From Alphaproteobacteria bacterium (GTDB lineage: Bacteria > Pseudomonadota > Alphaproteobacteria > MPNO01), in assembly GCA_964291675.2 (NCBI GenBank), contig OZ219866.1:1952001-2016000 (forward strand): a DNA stretch of 64,000 nucleotides. Reading direction: 5' to 3'. The first letter of the stretch is position 1. The number at the start of each line of letters is the position of its first letter. The translations under genes and the position numbers were made by a program. The notes beneath the pieces are model-generated. The model was not told the DNA's origin. It saw nothing but the letters and a program-made list of their open reading frames with translations, and made no database searches. Positions 18,329 through 28,008 of this stretch are shown piece after piece.

Positions 18329-19306
18329 ATGACCAAATGCATCCGATTCCACGAGACCGGCGGGCCCGAGGTGCTGCGCCTGGAAGACATCGACCTGGGC
18401 CCGCCCGGCCCCGGCGAGGTGCTGATCCGCCAGACCGCGATCGGGGTGAACTACCGCGACATCTACCGCCGGGAGGGAAGGCACGCGGTCGAGGGCTTCC
18501 CGGCCGCGCTCGGCGTCGAGGGGGCGGGAATCGTCGAGGCCCTGGGCGAGGGCGTCGACCGGCTCGCGGTCGGACAGCCGGTCGTCGCCCAGGGCGGCGG
18601 CGACGGCGCCTATGCCGAGGCGCGCATCGTTCCGGCATGGCGCTGCCTGGCGCTGCCCGGCGGGATCTCCGGGCGGACCGCCGCGGCGATGATGGTCAAG
18701 GGCATGACGGCGAGCTACCTGCTGCGCCGGACCTGCGAAGTCGGGGCGGGCGACACCGTGCTGGTGCACGCCGCCGCCGGCGGGGTCGGGCTGATCCTCT
18801 GCCAGTGGGCCAGGCATCTCGGCGCCCGGGTGATCGGCACCGTCGGCACCGACGCCAAGGCGGCGCTCGCCGCCGCCAATGGCTGCGACCATCCGATCGT
18901 CTACACCAGGGAGGACTTCGCCGCCCGGGTGCGCGAGATCACCGGCGGCGAGGGCGCAAGGGCGGTCTACGATTCGGTCGGCGCGGCGACCTTCGAGGGC
19001 TCGCTCGCGTGCCTTGCGACGCGCGGGGTGCTGGCGCAGTTCGGCGAGGCGTCCGGCGATCCCCCGCCGGTCGACCCGCGCCGGCTCGGACCGCTGGGAT
19101 CGGTGTTCCTCACCCATCCCAGCCTCGGCCACTACTCCCGCACCCGCGAGGAGTTTTTGGACCTCGCCGGCTCGCTGATCGACGTCGTCCAGTCGGGGGC
19201 GGTGAAGATCACGATCGGCCATGTCTACCCGCTCGAGGCCGCCGCGGAGGCGCATCGCGCCATGGCGGCCAGGGAGACTGCCGGCTCGGCGATCCTGGTG
19301 CCTTAG
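18329..19306 (+). CDS. qor: NADPH:quinone oxidoreductase (zeta-crystallin type)
   Basis: GGPEVL, AIGVNYRD, HAAAGGVG, YDSVG. Confidence 0.88.
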   Translation: MTKCIRFHETGGPEVLRLEDIDLGPPGPGEVLIRQTAIGVNYRDIYRREGRHAVEGFPAALGVEGAGIVEALGEGVDRLAVGQPVVAQGGGDGAYAEARIVPAWRCLALPGGISGRTAAAMMVKGMTASYLLRRTCEVGAGDTVLVHAAAGGVGLILCQWARHLGARVIGTVGTDAKAALAAANGCDHPIVYTREDFAARVREITGGEGARAVYDSVGAATFEGSLACLATRGVLAQFGEASGDPPPVDPRRLGPLGSVFLTHPSLGHYSRTREEFLDLAGSLIDVVQSGAVKITIGHVYPLEAAAEAHRAMAARETAGSAILVP

Positions 19307-19580
19307 CCCCGCCCGAAGGGTCGTGCGCAGGCCCCGGACTTAGATCGGGGCAGGCGCCCGCCCGCTACGTCGCGGGCCTTGACTGCACCCTCGCCGCAAC
19401 CCTTTCCGACCGCCTATACACCACACGGCACGTACCCACGGGGCGGAGAAGAGCCGACGAGAGGTGACGGACCGCGGCCTGACCGCCACTTGTCGCAACC
19501 GCTCCTACAACTGGACCGACCCCCGGTATCTTCCTAGTTTCAACGGGGCTCCCATGACCACACGCGACGGAGCGGCCACC

Positions 19581-19847
19581 ATGGAACCGCCACCCAAACA
19601 ACGCCTGCACCAACTGATCGACGAACTGCCTGACGAGCAGATTCAAGCAGCCGAACGCTACCTCCACACACTATGCCGTGACGTACACCCCGTCGTGCGC
19701 GCCATGCGCTCCGCACCGATCGACGACGAGCCCCTCACGGACGAAGACCGCGAAGCGATCCTGGAAGGCCGACGTGAAATCGCGGCCGGTCACGGCATCC
19801 CCAATGAGCGGATTCGCCGCAAGCTCGGACTATGGAATGGCGACTGA
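19581..19847 (+). CDS. Putative antitoxin
   Basis: KQRLHQLIDELPD...APIDDEPLTDEDREAI...; acidic, directly upstream of and overlapping a RelE-like gene; GGAG RBS. Confidence 0.75.
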   Translation: MEPPPKQRLHQLIDELPDEQIQAAERYLHTLCRDVHPVVRAMRSAPIDDEPLTDEDREAILEGRREIAAGHGIPNERIRRKLGLWNGD

Positions 19848-20086
19848 TCTGGACCTCGCGCGCGGAAAGAGACCTCGACGCCCTCGACCCCATCGCCGCG
19901 CGCCGCATCCAGCGCGTGCTTGAACGCTTCTCCGAAAGCGGCCACGCGGACCTCCGCCGCCTCAACAACATCACCCCTGAACAATGGCGCATCCGCGTCG
20001 GGCATTATCGCGTCATCCTCGAATTGCTGGAGGACAAAGAGCAAGCTCACATCATCCGCATCCGCCGGCGCGACGCGGCCTACTGA
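19832..20086 (+). CDS. RelE/ParE-family toxin
   Basis: 84 aa, basic, AERDLDAL...WRIRVGHYRVI...IRRRDAAY. Confidence 0.85.
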   Translation: MEWRLIWTSRAERDLDALDPIAARRIQRVLERFSESGHADLRRLNNITPEQWRIRVGHYRVILELLEDKEQAHIIRIRRRDAAY

Positions 20087-20235
20087 CCGCGCCCCGTCGC
20101 CTTGCTCGACAAGGCCATGGCGCCGCGCATTGCCACCCCCAAGCCCGACGCGATCTCCCAACCTCCATTCGCCTGCACGCCGCTTTTCCCTCAACTCCTC
20201 GCGACTTCCCACACCGACCGACCCCTTGGGCACGG

Positions 20236-21495
20236 CTAGCCCGCCATGTGTTCGGCGATCGGCCCCGGGGCGGTGAGTGCCGCCCGGACCAGCTCGGCCG
20301 CGACGACGGCGCCCAGGCGGAGCTCCGCCGCGCTCACCCGCCCGGCCGTGTCGGCCTCGGTCAGCAGGTAGCGCGCGCCGGCGTCCGGGTCGCCGAACCC
20401 GGCGATCAGGCGCAGCGCCGGGATGCCGCGCTCGGCGAAGTTGAAATGATCGGAGTTCCGCAGCAGCTCCTGCCACGTCGCGATGTCGAGCCCGCGCGCG
20501 GCCGCGACCGAGGCGACGAACGCATCCAGCGCAGCGAACCCGCTGGTGAGGCAGGTGAAGTCGGGGCTACCGCCGAGCGTGTCGAGATTGACGACGACGG
20601 CGATCGCGCGGCGCTCCGCCTCGCTGAGCGAGTCGACATAGAGCCTGGAGCCGAGCAGCCCGGTCTCCTCGGCGGTGAACAGGATCACCCGCAGCCCGCG
20701 CGGCGTCGCTGCGACATGGGGCGCGAAGCGGCGCAGGATCTCCAGCGCGGCGGCGACCCCGGTCGCGTTGTCGAGCGCGCTGTCGGCCAGGTCGTGGCCG
20801 TCGTAATGGGCCGACAGCACGACCCATTCCGGGGTCAGGCCGGGGATCTCGGCGATCAGGTTGCGGCCGACATCCGCCTCGCGCCGGTTGTCGACCGCGA
20901 GGCGGATCCGGGCGCCCGCGATCGCCTGCGCCGTCGCATGGTCGACGCCGACCGCGGGCATGTTGGGCCCGGTCTCCTGCCAGACGCCGCCGGTCACCAG
21001 CCCGGCCTCCGGCATCGGGTTGGCGACGACGAACCCCGCCGCGCCGGCCTCCAGCGCGTGGCCGAACTTGATCCGCCGGTGGATGGTGTCGCGCGAGAAC
21101 GGGTATTCGTGGCGCACCAGGGCGAAGTTGCCCCGCACCCGGTCGCCGAGGCGGCGGAAATCCTCCTCCGCGCCGCGGCCGAGATCGACCGCCTCGCCTT
21201 CGACGCCGGGTGTTTCGTCCGAGCCGACCAGCGGGTGGCAGCGGAGCTCCCGGACCGGTCCGGGAGAAATCCGGGCCAGGGCGTAGCCGAGATTGGTCCA
21301 GCGCGCATAGCCGAATTCATGCGCCGAGACGGCGGCGCCGGGGATTGCGGCCAGACGGGCCTCCAGCAGCCGCGCCGCCGCCTTCTCGCCGTCCGAGCCG
21401 ACGAGGCGCCCGCCGCAGGCGGTGAGCGCCGCGAAGTCCTCCACGATCGCGTCCGAGCGGCGGATTTCGTCGATGATCGTTTCGCGGAATTCCAT
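20236..21495 (-). CDS. M28-family peptidase with PA domain
   Basis: SAHYD, ALDNATG, FTAEETGLLGS, NLD, SDHFNF. Confidence 0.88.
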   Translation of the reverse strand: MEFRETIIDEIRRSDAIVEDFAALTACGGRLVGSDGEKAAARLLEARLAAIPGAAVSAHEFGYARWTNLGYALARISPGPVRELRCHPLVGSDETPGVEGEAVDLGRGAEEDFRRLGDRVRGNFALVRHEYPFSRDTIHRRIKFGHALEAGAAGFVVANPMPEAGLVTGGVWQETGPNMPAVGVDHATAQAIAGARIRLAVDNRREADVGRNLIAEIPGLTPEWVVLSAHYDGHDLADSALDNATGVAAALEILRRFAPHVAATPRGLRVILFTAEETGLLGSRLYVDSLSEAERRAIAVVVNLDTLGGSPDFTCLTSGFAALDAFVASVAAARGLDIATWQELLRNSDHFNFAERGIPALRLIAGFGDPDAGARYLLTEADTAGRVSAAELRLGAVVAAELVRAALTAPGPIAEHMAG

Positions 21496-21500
21496 CGAAC

Positions 21501-22517
21501 CTACCGCGGCACGCCGAGCTGGACCACGCGCTCGCCGGTGGTCACTGTGGGCAGGGTCGCGATGCGCACCACCGGGCCGCCGCGCCGGGCGACGATGTCC
21601 TCGACCGGCTCGTCGAACGGGTCGGTGATTGTGGCCACGTGCTGGCCCGGCGCGACCTCGTCGTTGAGCCCGACATGCAGCGTCAGCACGCCGGCCCGGC
21701 GCGCCCGGATCACGTCCATGGTGCGGATCACCAGATTGCGCCCGGACTGCTCGACCGCACCCTCCAGCATGCCCAGCTTGCGCAGCACGTTGGCGATGCC
21801 GCGCACCCCGAGCGCGACCTCTTCGCCGTCGATGCGCCCGCCCTCGCCGATCTCGACGCCGAAGGCCGGGATGCCGCGTTCGCCCATCACGACATGCGGG
21901 TTCCGGTCGCCGACATACATGCCCCTGTCGTTGGCGAGGATGTAGTCGGCGCCGAAGGCACGCGCCAGCGCCTCGGCCTCGCCCACCGCCGCGCCGCAGC
22001 GCGTCGGCGGCAGGAAGGCGAACGGCGCGTAGCGCCCGCCGGTGGTCGGCGTGTGCACGTCGATCATGAAATCCGCATGCCGCATCAGCCGCTCGTAGAT
22101 CCCGTGCGCCATCGCCGAGGCGGTGTTGCCGTCGGCGTCGCCCGGGAAGGCGGCCCAGGGGTCGGCCGGGTTCTGGTCCATCGGCGATTTCAGCATGTGG
22201 CCGACGAAGAAGCGGTGCTGGACCTGGAAGGCAAGCGGGTTCTGCACCGGCACCGCGATGACCGTGCCGCGCAGCTTCGCCGGGTCGAGCCCGCGCGCGG
22301 CACGGCCGACGATCTGCGTGCCGGCGATCTCGTCGCCGTGGAAGGCGGCGCCGAGGTAGAACACCGGGCCCGGCGCGGCGCCGCGGACGACCAACGCCCG
22401 GATCTCGACCCAGCTCCCGTCGGCGAGCTCGACGGTGCGGAACCGGGTGTGCGAAGTCGTGCCGCGTTCGAGCGCGAGCCCCTCGATCGCGAGGTCACGG
22501 TCGCCCGCGCCCGCCAT
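21501..22517 (-). CDS. Succinylglutamate desuccinylase/aspartoacylase (M14) family
   Basis: HGDE, IDVHT, VEIG; C-terminal lipoyl-like barrel. Confidence 0.88.
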   Translation of the reverse strand: MAGAGDRDLAIEGLALERGTTSHTRFRTVELADGSWVEIRALVVRGAAPGPVFYLGAAFHGDEIAGTQIVGRAARGLDPAKLRGTVIAVPVQNPLAFQVQHRFFVGHMLKSPMDQNPADPWAAFPGDADGNTASAMAHGIYERLMRHADFMIDVHTPTTGGRYAPFAFLPPTRCGAAVGEAEALARAFGADYILANDRGMYVGDRNPHVVMGERGIPAFGVEIGEGGRIDGEEVALGVRGIANVLRKLGMLEGAVEQSGRNLVIRTMDVIRARRAGVLTLHVGLNDEVAPGQHVATITDPFDEPVEDIVARRGGPVVRIATLPTVTTGERVVQLGVPR

Positions 22518-22518
22518 G

Positions 22519-23601
22519 TCAGCGCGCGAGCCGGTCGTGGGCGTCGGCGAACAGCCGGCGCATGCGGACGATGCCGAGATCCGACTGGGCCAGGAACTCG
22601 CCGTCGAGCGCGGCGCGGTTGCGCTGCGAGGCGAGCGCCGCCTCGTCCCCGTCGAGCACGTCGTACATCTTGCGGCGCAGCCGGAGGTGCCACAGCGTCC
22701 ACCAGATCCACCACTTCCAGCCGGTGATCCGGCGCTTGCGCACCATGTAGATCTGGGTCGCCCCGGCGTCGATCGGGGTGACGAAGACCAGCACCCGCAT
22801 CGCCCCGCCCGGCCCCGCCGACCAGGGATAGGGCACGTCGACCTCGCACCAGTTGGGGAAGTGATAGGTGCTGTAGTCGAAGCTCACCAGCTCCTGGCCC
22901 TCGCGCTTGACGAACAGCCCGTCGGGCCGGTCCTCGACCGCGATGACGTCCTGCAGCGCGCCATGCCCCATGGTGTAGGTGCCGGCGTGCAGGAACGGCG
23001 CGTGGATCGGGTCGACCAGGTTTTCGAGCACGCGGAACCAGCCGACGCCGTGCCATTCGTGCGGCACGATGAAGCCGCTCCAGTCCGGGCTTTCGAGCTC
23101 CGCCGGGTTGGGGCAGGCGCGCTCGGGCCCCCGCCCGTCGTCGTCGAACCAGGCGAACACCAGCCCGCCATGCTGCTCCACCGGGTAGGCCCGCACGCTC
23201 GCCTCCCGCGCGAGTTCGCAGGCGCCGCCCTCGGACGGGATCGCGACGCACTGGCCGGTGCCGTCATAGGCCCAGCCGTGGTAGCGGCAGCACAGCCGGT
23301 CCCCCACCACCGCGCCCAGCGACAGCCTGGCGCCGCGATGCGCGCAGCGGTCGGCGAACAGATGAAGCCCGCCTTGCGCGTCGCGCCACAATGCGAGGTC
23401 CTCGCCCATGCGGCGCAGCGCCAACGGGTTGGCGCCGTCCAGCGCGCTCGCCGGCGCCACCGCATACCAGTGGTTCCGGAGCCCGGACTCGAATTCCGCC
23501 TCGACCGCGCGCCAGCGCCCGCGCTCCGAATCCCGCCGGCGCTTCTCGCGGATGCGCTCGACATCTTCGGCCTCGACCGGTTGCGTCTCTGGTTGCGACA
23601 T
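22519..23601 (-). CDS. Rieske non-heme iron oxygenase alpha subunit (VanA/phthalate dioxygenase-like)
   Basis: CAHRG...CRYHGW Rieske motif; ENLVDPIHAPFLH iron-binding motif. Confidence 0.92.
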   Translation of the reverse strand: MSQPETQPVEAEDVERIREKRRRDSERGRWRAVEAEFESGLRNHWYAVAPASALDGANPLALRRMGEDLALWRDAQGGLHLFADRCAHRGARLSLGAVVGDRLCCRYHGWAYDGTGQCVAIPSEGGACELAREASVRAYPVEQHGGLVFAWFDDDGRGPERACPNPAELESPDWSGFIVPHEWHGVGWFRVLENLVDPIHAPFLHAGTYTMGHGALQDVIAVEDRPDGLFVKREGQELVSFDYSTYHFPNWCEVDVPYPWSAGPGGAMRVLVFVTPIDAGATQIYMVRKRRITGWKWWIWWTLWHLRLRRKMYDVLDGDEAALASQRNRAALDGEFLAQSDLGIVRMRRLFADAHDRLAR

Positions 23602-23737
23602 GGCGCGTCGATGGTGCCGCGTTTCGCCCCGGCGCACAACGCGGCTCGTCGCCGCCCACCCGCGTTGTGTACCGCCGGCGCAGAATGACTATAATCACGG
23701 CGGACAAGCATCCACACGACACGGGGAGGTACACAGC

Positions 23738-24802
23738 ATGATCCGTTTCCGGCATCTGACGGCCACCGTCGGGATGGCCGCGCTCGCCTTGGGTGTGGCG
23801 GCAGGCGCCGCGCAGGCCCAGAAATACGAGCTGAAGATGACGTCCTACGTCTCCGCCAAGGGCGGTTTCTGGACCAACTACCAGCAGAAGTTCATCGATG
23901 CCGTCGACCTGATGACCAACGGCGAAGTCAAGATCAAGGGCTTCAGCGTCGGCGTGATCGCCGGCGCCTTCGACGGGCTGAAGGCGGTGCAGAAGGGGAC
24001 GGCGGACATCTCCTACAACTACCCCGGCTACCAGGTGAACGACGACCCGGCGAACGGCATCTTCGGCGGCATGGTCGGCGGCATGCCGATGGAGCAGTTC
24101 ATGCACTGGTATGTCGGAGCCGACGGCACCAAGCTGCTGGAGGAGTTCCGCCACAAGGAGATGGGGCTCCACCCGGTGCTCTCCGGCATGGGGTCGACCG
24201 AGTTCCTGCTGCATTCGCACAAGCCGGTCAGGACCATCGCCGACTTCAAGGGCATGAAGATCCGCACCGCCGGGCCATGGGCGGAAATCCTCCCGTCTCT
24301 CGGGGCTTCGGCCACGGTGCTCCCCGGCGGCGAGATCTACACCGCGCTGGAGCGCCGGGTGATCGACGCCAACGAGTTCGTCACCCCGGCGACCAACATC
24401 AAGATGGGTTTCCACAAGGTCGCCAAGTACATCATCATGCCGGGGCTCCACAGCCCCTCGCACATGAACGAGGCCACCTTCAAGCTGGAGACCTGGAACA
24501 AGATGCCCAAGCGCATCCGGGACCAGATCAGTGCCGCGGGCCAGCTCTCGGCGTTCCAGACGGCCATGGCCATAGGCATCCAGGATCTCGATGCGGTGGA
24601 AAAGCTGATGGCCGGCAAGAACACCTGGATCACGCTCGACGCCGCGGCCCAGGCCAAGATCGAGGAGCTCGGCCGCGCCTGGTCGGCGGAGCAGGCCAAG
24701 AAGCGGAAGGCCAAGGGCAGCGACTGGATGGAGCGGGTCTCCAATTCCTATTGGGGCTTCTACGACCGCTACAAGAAGTTCGGCGTCTACCGGCATAACT
24801 AG
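23738..24802 (+). CDS. dctP: TRAP transporter substrate-binding protein
   Basis: Signal peptide, DFKGMKIR, LPGGEIYTALERRVIDA. Confidence 0.92.
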   Translation: MIRFRHLTATVGMAALALGVAAGAAQAQKYELKMTSYVSAKGGFWTNYQQKFIDAVDLMTNGEVKIKGFSVGVIAGAFDGLKAVQKGTADISYNYPGYQVNDDPANGIFGGMVGGMPMEQFMHWYVGADGTKLLEEFRHKEMGLHPVLSGMGSTEFLLHSHKPVRTIADFKGMKIRTAGPWAEILPSLGASATVLPGGEIYTALERRVIDANEFVTPATNIKMGFHKVAKYIIMPGLHSPSHMNEATFKLETWNKMPKRIRDQISAAGQLSAFQTAMAIGIQDLDAVEKLMAGKNTWITLDAAAQAKIEELGRAWSAEQAKKRKAKGSDWMERVSNSYWGFYDRYKKFGVYRHN

Positions 24803-24820
24803 GCCGACGGACGCGGCAAG

Positions 24821-24848
24821 CGCGCGGGGCGGGTCGCCGCCCCGCGCG
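24821..24848. terminator. Perfect hairpin between dctP and dctQ (mRNA stabiliser or attenuator)
   Basis: cgcgcggggcgg-gtcg-ccgccccgcgcg, 12-bp stem. Confidence 0.55.
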
Positions 24849-24868
24849 TCTTCCGTCGCGGGTTTCCC

Positions 24869-25405
24869 ATGACCTCGTTCGTGCGCGCGGTCGACCGCGT
24901 CAACGATCTCCTCGCCGCCATCGCGATGGCGTTCCTGTTCGTGATGATCGCCGACATGCTCTACGAGGTCATCTCGCGCCGCGTGTTCGGGGCGCCGACG
25001 CTGTGGGCCTATGACATCGCCTACATGATGAACGGCATCGGCTTCCTGTTCGCCGCCGGCTACACGCTGCGCCGCAACGGCCATATCCGCATCGACTTCC
25101 TGTCGACCCGGCTGCCGCGCAGGAACCAGGACCTGATCAACCTGTTCGTCTACCTGTTCCTGGTGTTCCCGGCGCTCGGCTGCCTGATCTGGGGCTCCTA
25201 TACCGGGTGGCTGGAGGCGTTTCTGACCGGAGAGATCGAGCCGGTCAGCCCGTGGAAGCCGCTGATCTGGCCGCTCTATGGCGGCATCCTGGTCGGCTTC
25301 GTCTCGCTGCTGTTCCAGGCCATCGCCGAATTCATCCGCCACTGGCGCGCCGTCCGGGGGCTCGACCCCTCGCCGCTCGAGCACGCCGACGATATCGCGG
25401 CGTAG
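24869..25405 (+). CDS. dctQ: TRAP small permease
   Basis: 4 TM, GHIRIDF motif. Confidence 0.9.
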   Translation: MTSFVRAVDRVNDLLAAIAMAFLFVMIADMLYEVISRRVFGAPTLWAYDIAYMMNGIGFLFAAGYTLRRNGHIRIDFLSTRLPRRNQDLINLFVYLFLVFPALGCLIWGSYTGWLEAFLTGEIEPVSPWKPLIWPLYGGILVGFVSLLFQAIAEFIRHWRAVRGLDPSPLEHADDIAA

Positions 25406-25409
25406 GCGC

Positions 25410-26729
25410 ATGGACATTTCGCTCGCCGTCTTCATGTTCCCGGCCCTGTTCGTCCTGGTGTTCCTCGGGATACCGGTGGCGTTCAGCCTGATCGCGACGG
25501 CATTCTTCTTCGGCATCTTCGCCTACGGGATGAACCTGCCGATCCAGTTTCACAGCCGGATGTACGACGTCACGTCGAACTTCATCCTGGCGGCGATCCC
25601 GCTGTTTGTGTTCATGGGCGCGATGCTGGAGCGCTCCGGCATCGCAGCCAAGCTGTTCGACGCGATCAAGGTCTGGTTCGGACCGTTCCGCGGCGGGCTC
25701 GCGATCACCACCATCGTCATGTGCGGCATCTTCGCGGCGTCTTCCGGCGTGGTCGGCGCGGTCGAGATCGTGGTCGGGCTGATGGCCGTGCCGGCGATGA
25801 TGTCGACCGGCTACCGCAAGGATCTCGCCGCCGGCACGGTGTGCGCCGGCGGCTCGCTCGGCACCACGATCCCGCCCTCGGTGGTGATCATCGTCTACGC
25901 CTCGATCGTCGAGATGTCGGTCGGCGATTTGTTCGCGGGGATCATGATCCCGGCCGGGGTCATGGTGGCGCTGTTCCTGCTCTACATCGTCGGGCGCTGC
26001 GCGATCCAGCGCGACGCCGGCCCCGGGCTCGACCCCGCCGAGATCGACGCCACCTTAGGCGAGAAGCTCTGGCTTCTGCTGACCGCGCTGGTCCCGGCGG
26101 CGCTCCTGATCCTCTGCGTATTGGGGAGCATCTTCGCCGGCATCGCGGCGCCGACCGAGGCGGCCGCGGTGGGGGCGACGGGCTCGGTGCTGCTCAGCAT
26201 CGCCTACAAGCAGTTTTCCTTCGACGTGCTCAAGGCGGCGCTGGCGCAGACCATCAAGATCACCTCGATGGTCATGCTGATAGTCGTCGGCGGCGTGCTG
26301 TTCGCCAGCATCTTCATCATCCATGGCGGCGACGAGCTGGTCGCCGAGATCATCGAGGGCCACCAGCTCGGCCAGCTCGAGATCATCCTCCTGTTCCTGC
26401 TGGTGGTCTTCATCCTCGGCTTCGTGCTCGACTGGATCTCGGTGCTGATCATTGTGCTGCCGATCTCCGACCCGATCGTGCGCGCCTCCGACATCGACCC
26501 GCTGTGGTTCGGGGTGATGGTCTGCATCGTGCTGCAGACCTCCTATCTCACCCCGCCGATGGCGCCCTCGATCTTCTACCTGCGATCGATCGCGCCGCGC
26601 GAGATAACCTATGGCGACATGTACAAGGGGGTGGCGCCGTTCGTGGCGGCGCAGCTGCTGACGCTGGCCATGGTGGCCTTTTACCCGGCCACGGCGACCT
26701 GGCTGCCCGAAGTGCTGTTCGGATTCTGA
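25410..26729 (+). CDS. dctM: TRAP large permease
   Basis: AIPLFVFMG, GSLGTTIPPS, TSYLTPP. Confidence 0.92.
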   Translation: MDISLAVFMFPALFVLVFLGIPVAFSLIATAFFFGIFAYGMNLPIQFHSRMYDVTSNFILAAIPLFVFMGAMLERSGIAAKLFDAIKVWFGPFRGGLAITTIVMCGIFAASSGVVGAVEIVVGLMAVPAMMSTGYRKDLAAGTVCAGGSLGTTIPPSVVIIVYASIVEMSVGDLFAGIMIPAGVMVALFLLYIVGRCAIQRDAGPGLDPAEIDATLGEKLWLLLTALVPAALLILCVLGSIFAGIAAPTEAAAVGATGSVLLSIAYKQFSFDVLKAALAQTIKITSMVMLIVVGGVLFASIFIIHGGDELVAEIIEGHQLGQLEIILLFLLVVFILGFVLDWISVLIIVLPISDPIVRASDIDPLWFGVMVCIVLQTSYLTPPMAPSIFYLRSIAPREITYGDMYKGVAPFVAAQLLTLAMVAFYPATATWLPEVLFGF

Positions 26730-26808
26730 TCGCGCTCGCCAAGCATTGGACAGAGCCCGCGGCCGGGTGCAGTCTTCCAGCCCGACAGGGGGAGGGAGGC
26801 AGCGAGCC

Positions 26809-28008
26809 ATGGATGCGCAACCGGACCGCTCGTTCGCGGGGCTGAGGCAAGCGGCGATCGACCTGCTGCCGGCGATCGAGGCCGATGCCGACGAGGCCGA
26901 GCGGCTCTACCACCAGACCGACCGGGTGGCCGACGCGATGCGGGCGACGGGGCTCTACTCCTTCCTGATCCCGAAAGAGGCGGGCGGGGCGGAGCTCCCC
27001 TTCGTCGAGGCGATGGAGATCGTCGAGCTGGTCTCCCGGGTCGAGGGCTCGGCCGGCTGGTGCCTGATGGTCAACGGCGTGATGGGCGCATCCGCCGGCC
27101 CGTTCCTGCCCGACGAGGGGGTGGAGATCGTCTATCCCGGCGGCCGCAACTCGACGATGGCCGGGCAGGGGGTGCCGCGCGGCTATGCGCGCGAGGCCGA
27201 TGGCGGCTACGTGATCTGGGGCAATTGGGGCTATGCCAGCGGCATCCAGCACGCCGACTGGGTGCATTCGGGCTGCTTCCTCACGGACGGCGGCGAGATG
27301 CGCATCGACGAGCACGGCCATCCCGACATCGTGCTGTGCCATCACCCGAAGGACACGATCGAGCTCACCGGCAACTGGGACGTGCACGGGCTGCGGGGCA
27401 CCGGCAGCTTCGACTACACGCTGAAGGAGGACGAGCTCTTCGTGCCGGCGGCGTGCTGCTACAAGTTCGACAACCCGACGCAGCGGCGCGGCGGGCCGCA
27501 ATACGGCGCCGGGCTGGTGGCCTCGACCACCTGGGGCCACACGAGCTGGGCGCTCGGCGTCGGCAGGCGCGCGCTCGACGAGATCGCGGCGCTGGCGCGC
27601 AGCCGCGTCGACGCCTTCGGCCGCATGCAGGACGGGGCGCGCTTCCAGCAGAGCTATGGCGAGGCCGAGGCGAAGTACCGCGCCGCCCGCGCCCTGGTCT
27701 ACCAGGCCTGGGAGGATCTGTCGGAGACCTTCGCCCGCAACCGCCAGGGCAGCCTCGAGCAGATCGCCCTGATCCGCCTTGCCATGCGCCATATCCACGA
27801 TGTGATCTCCGACCTCTCGACCTTCGCCCACCGCGCCTCGCGCGGGGTGTCGCTCAGGCGGAGCGACTTGCAGCGCTGCTACCGCGACATCCACTCGGGC
27901 ACCCAGCACATCCTGCTCGCCGACGAGATCGCCCAGGCCTGCGGCAAGGTGCTGATGGGCGCCGCCGGCGCGGACGCGCAGTGGAACGTGCTCGGTCTCG
28001 GCGAGTGA
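26809..28008 (+). CDS. Acyl-CoA-dehydrogenase-fold flavin-dependent monooxygenase (HsaA/group D-like)
   Basis: GSAGW, GNWGYASG, WDVHGLRGTGS, LQRCYRDIHSGTQH. Confidence 0.85.
   Translation: MDAQPDRSFAGLRQAAIDLLPAIEADADEAERLYHQTDRVADAMRATGLYSFLIPKEAGGAELPFVEAMEIVELVSRVEGSAGWCLMVNGVMGASAGPFLPDEGVEIVYPGGRNSTMAGQGVPRGYAREADGGYVIWGNWGYASGIQHADWVHSGCFLTDGGEMRIDEHGHPDIVLCHHPKDTIELTGNWDVHGLRGTGSFDYTLKEDELFVPAACCYKFDNPTQRRGGPQYGAGLVASTTWGHTSWALGVGRRALDEIAALARSRVDAFGRMQDGARFQQSYGEAEAKYRAARALVYQAWEDLSETFARNRQGSLEQIALIRLAMRHIHDVISDLSTFAHRASRGVSLRRSDLQRCYRDIHSGTQHILLADEIAQACGKVLMGAAGADAQWNVLGLGE

Larger units (their letters stand above)
19303..20239. mobile_element. Putative non-autonomous element carrying a TA module
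   Basis: Imperfect 21-bp inverted repeats ttagccccgcccgaagggtcg (19303-19323) / cgaccccttgggcacggctag (20219-20239); C/A-rich interior unlike the flanks. Confidence 0.45.
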
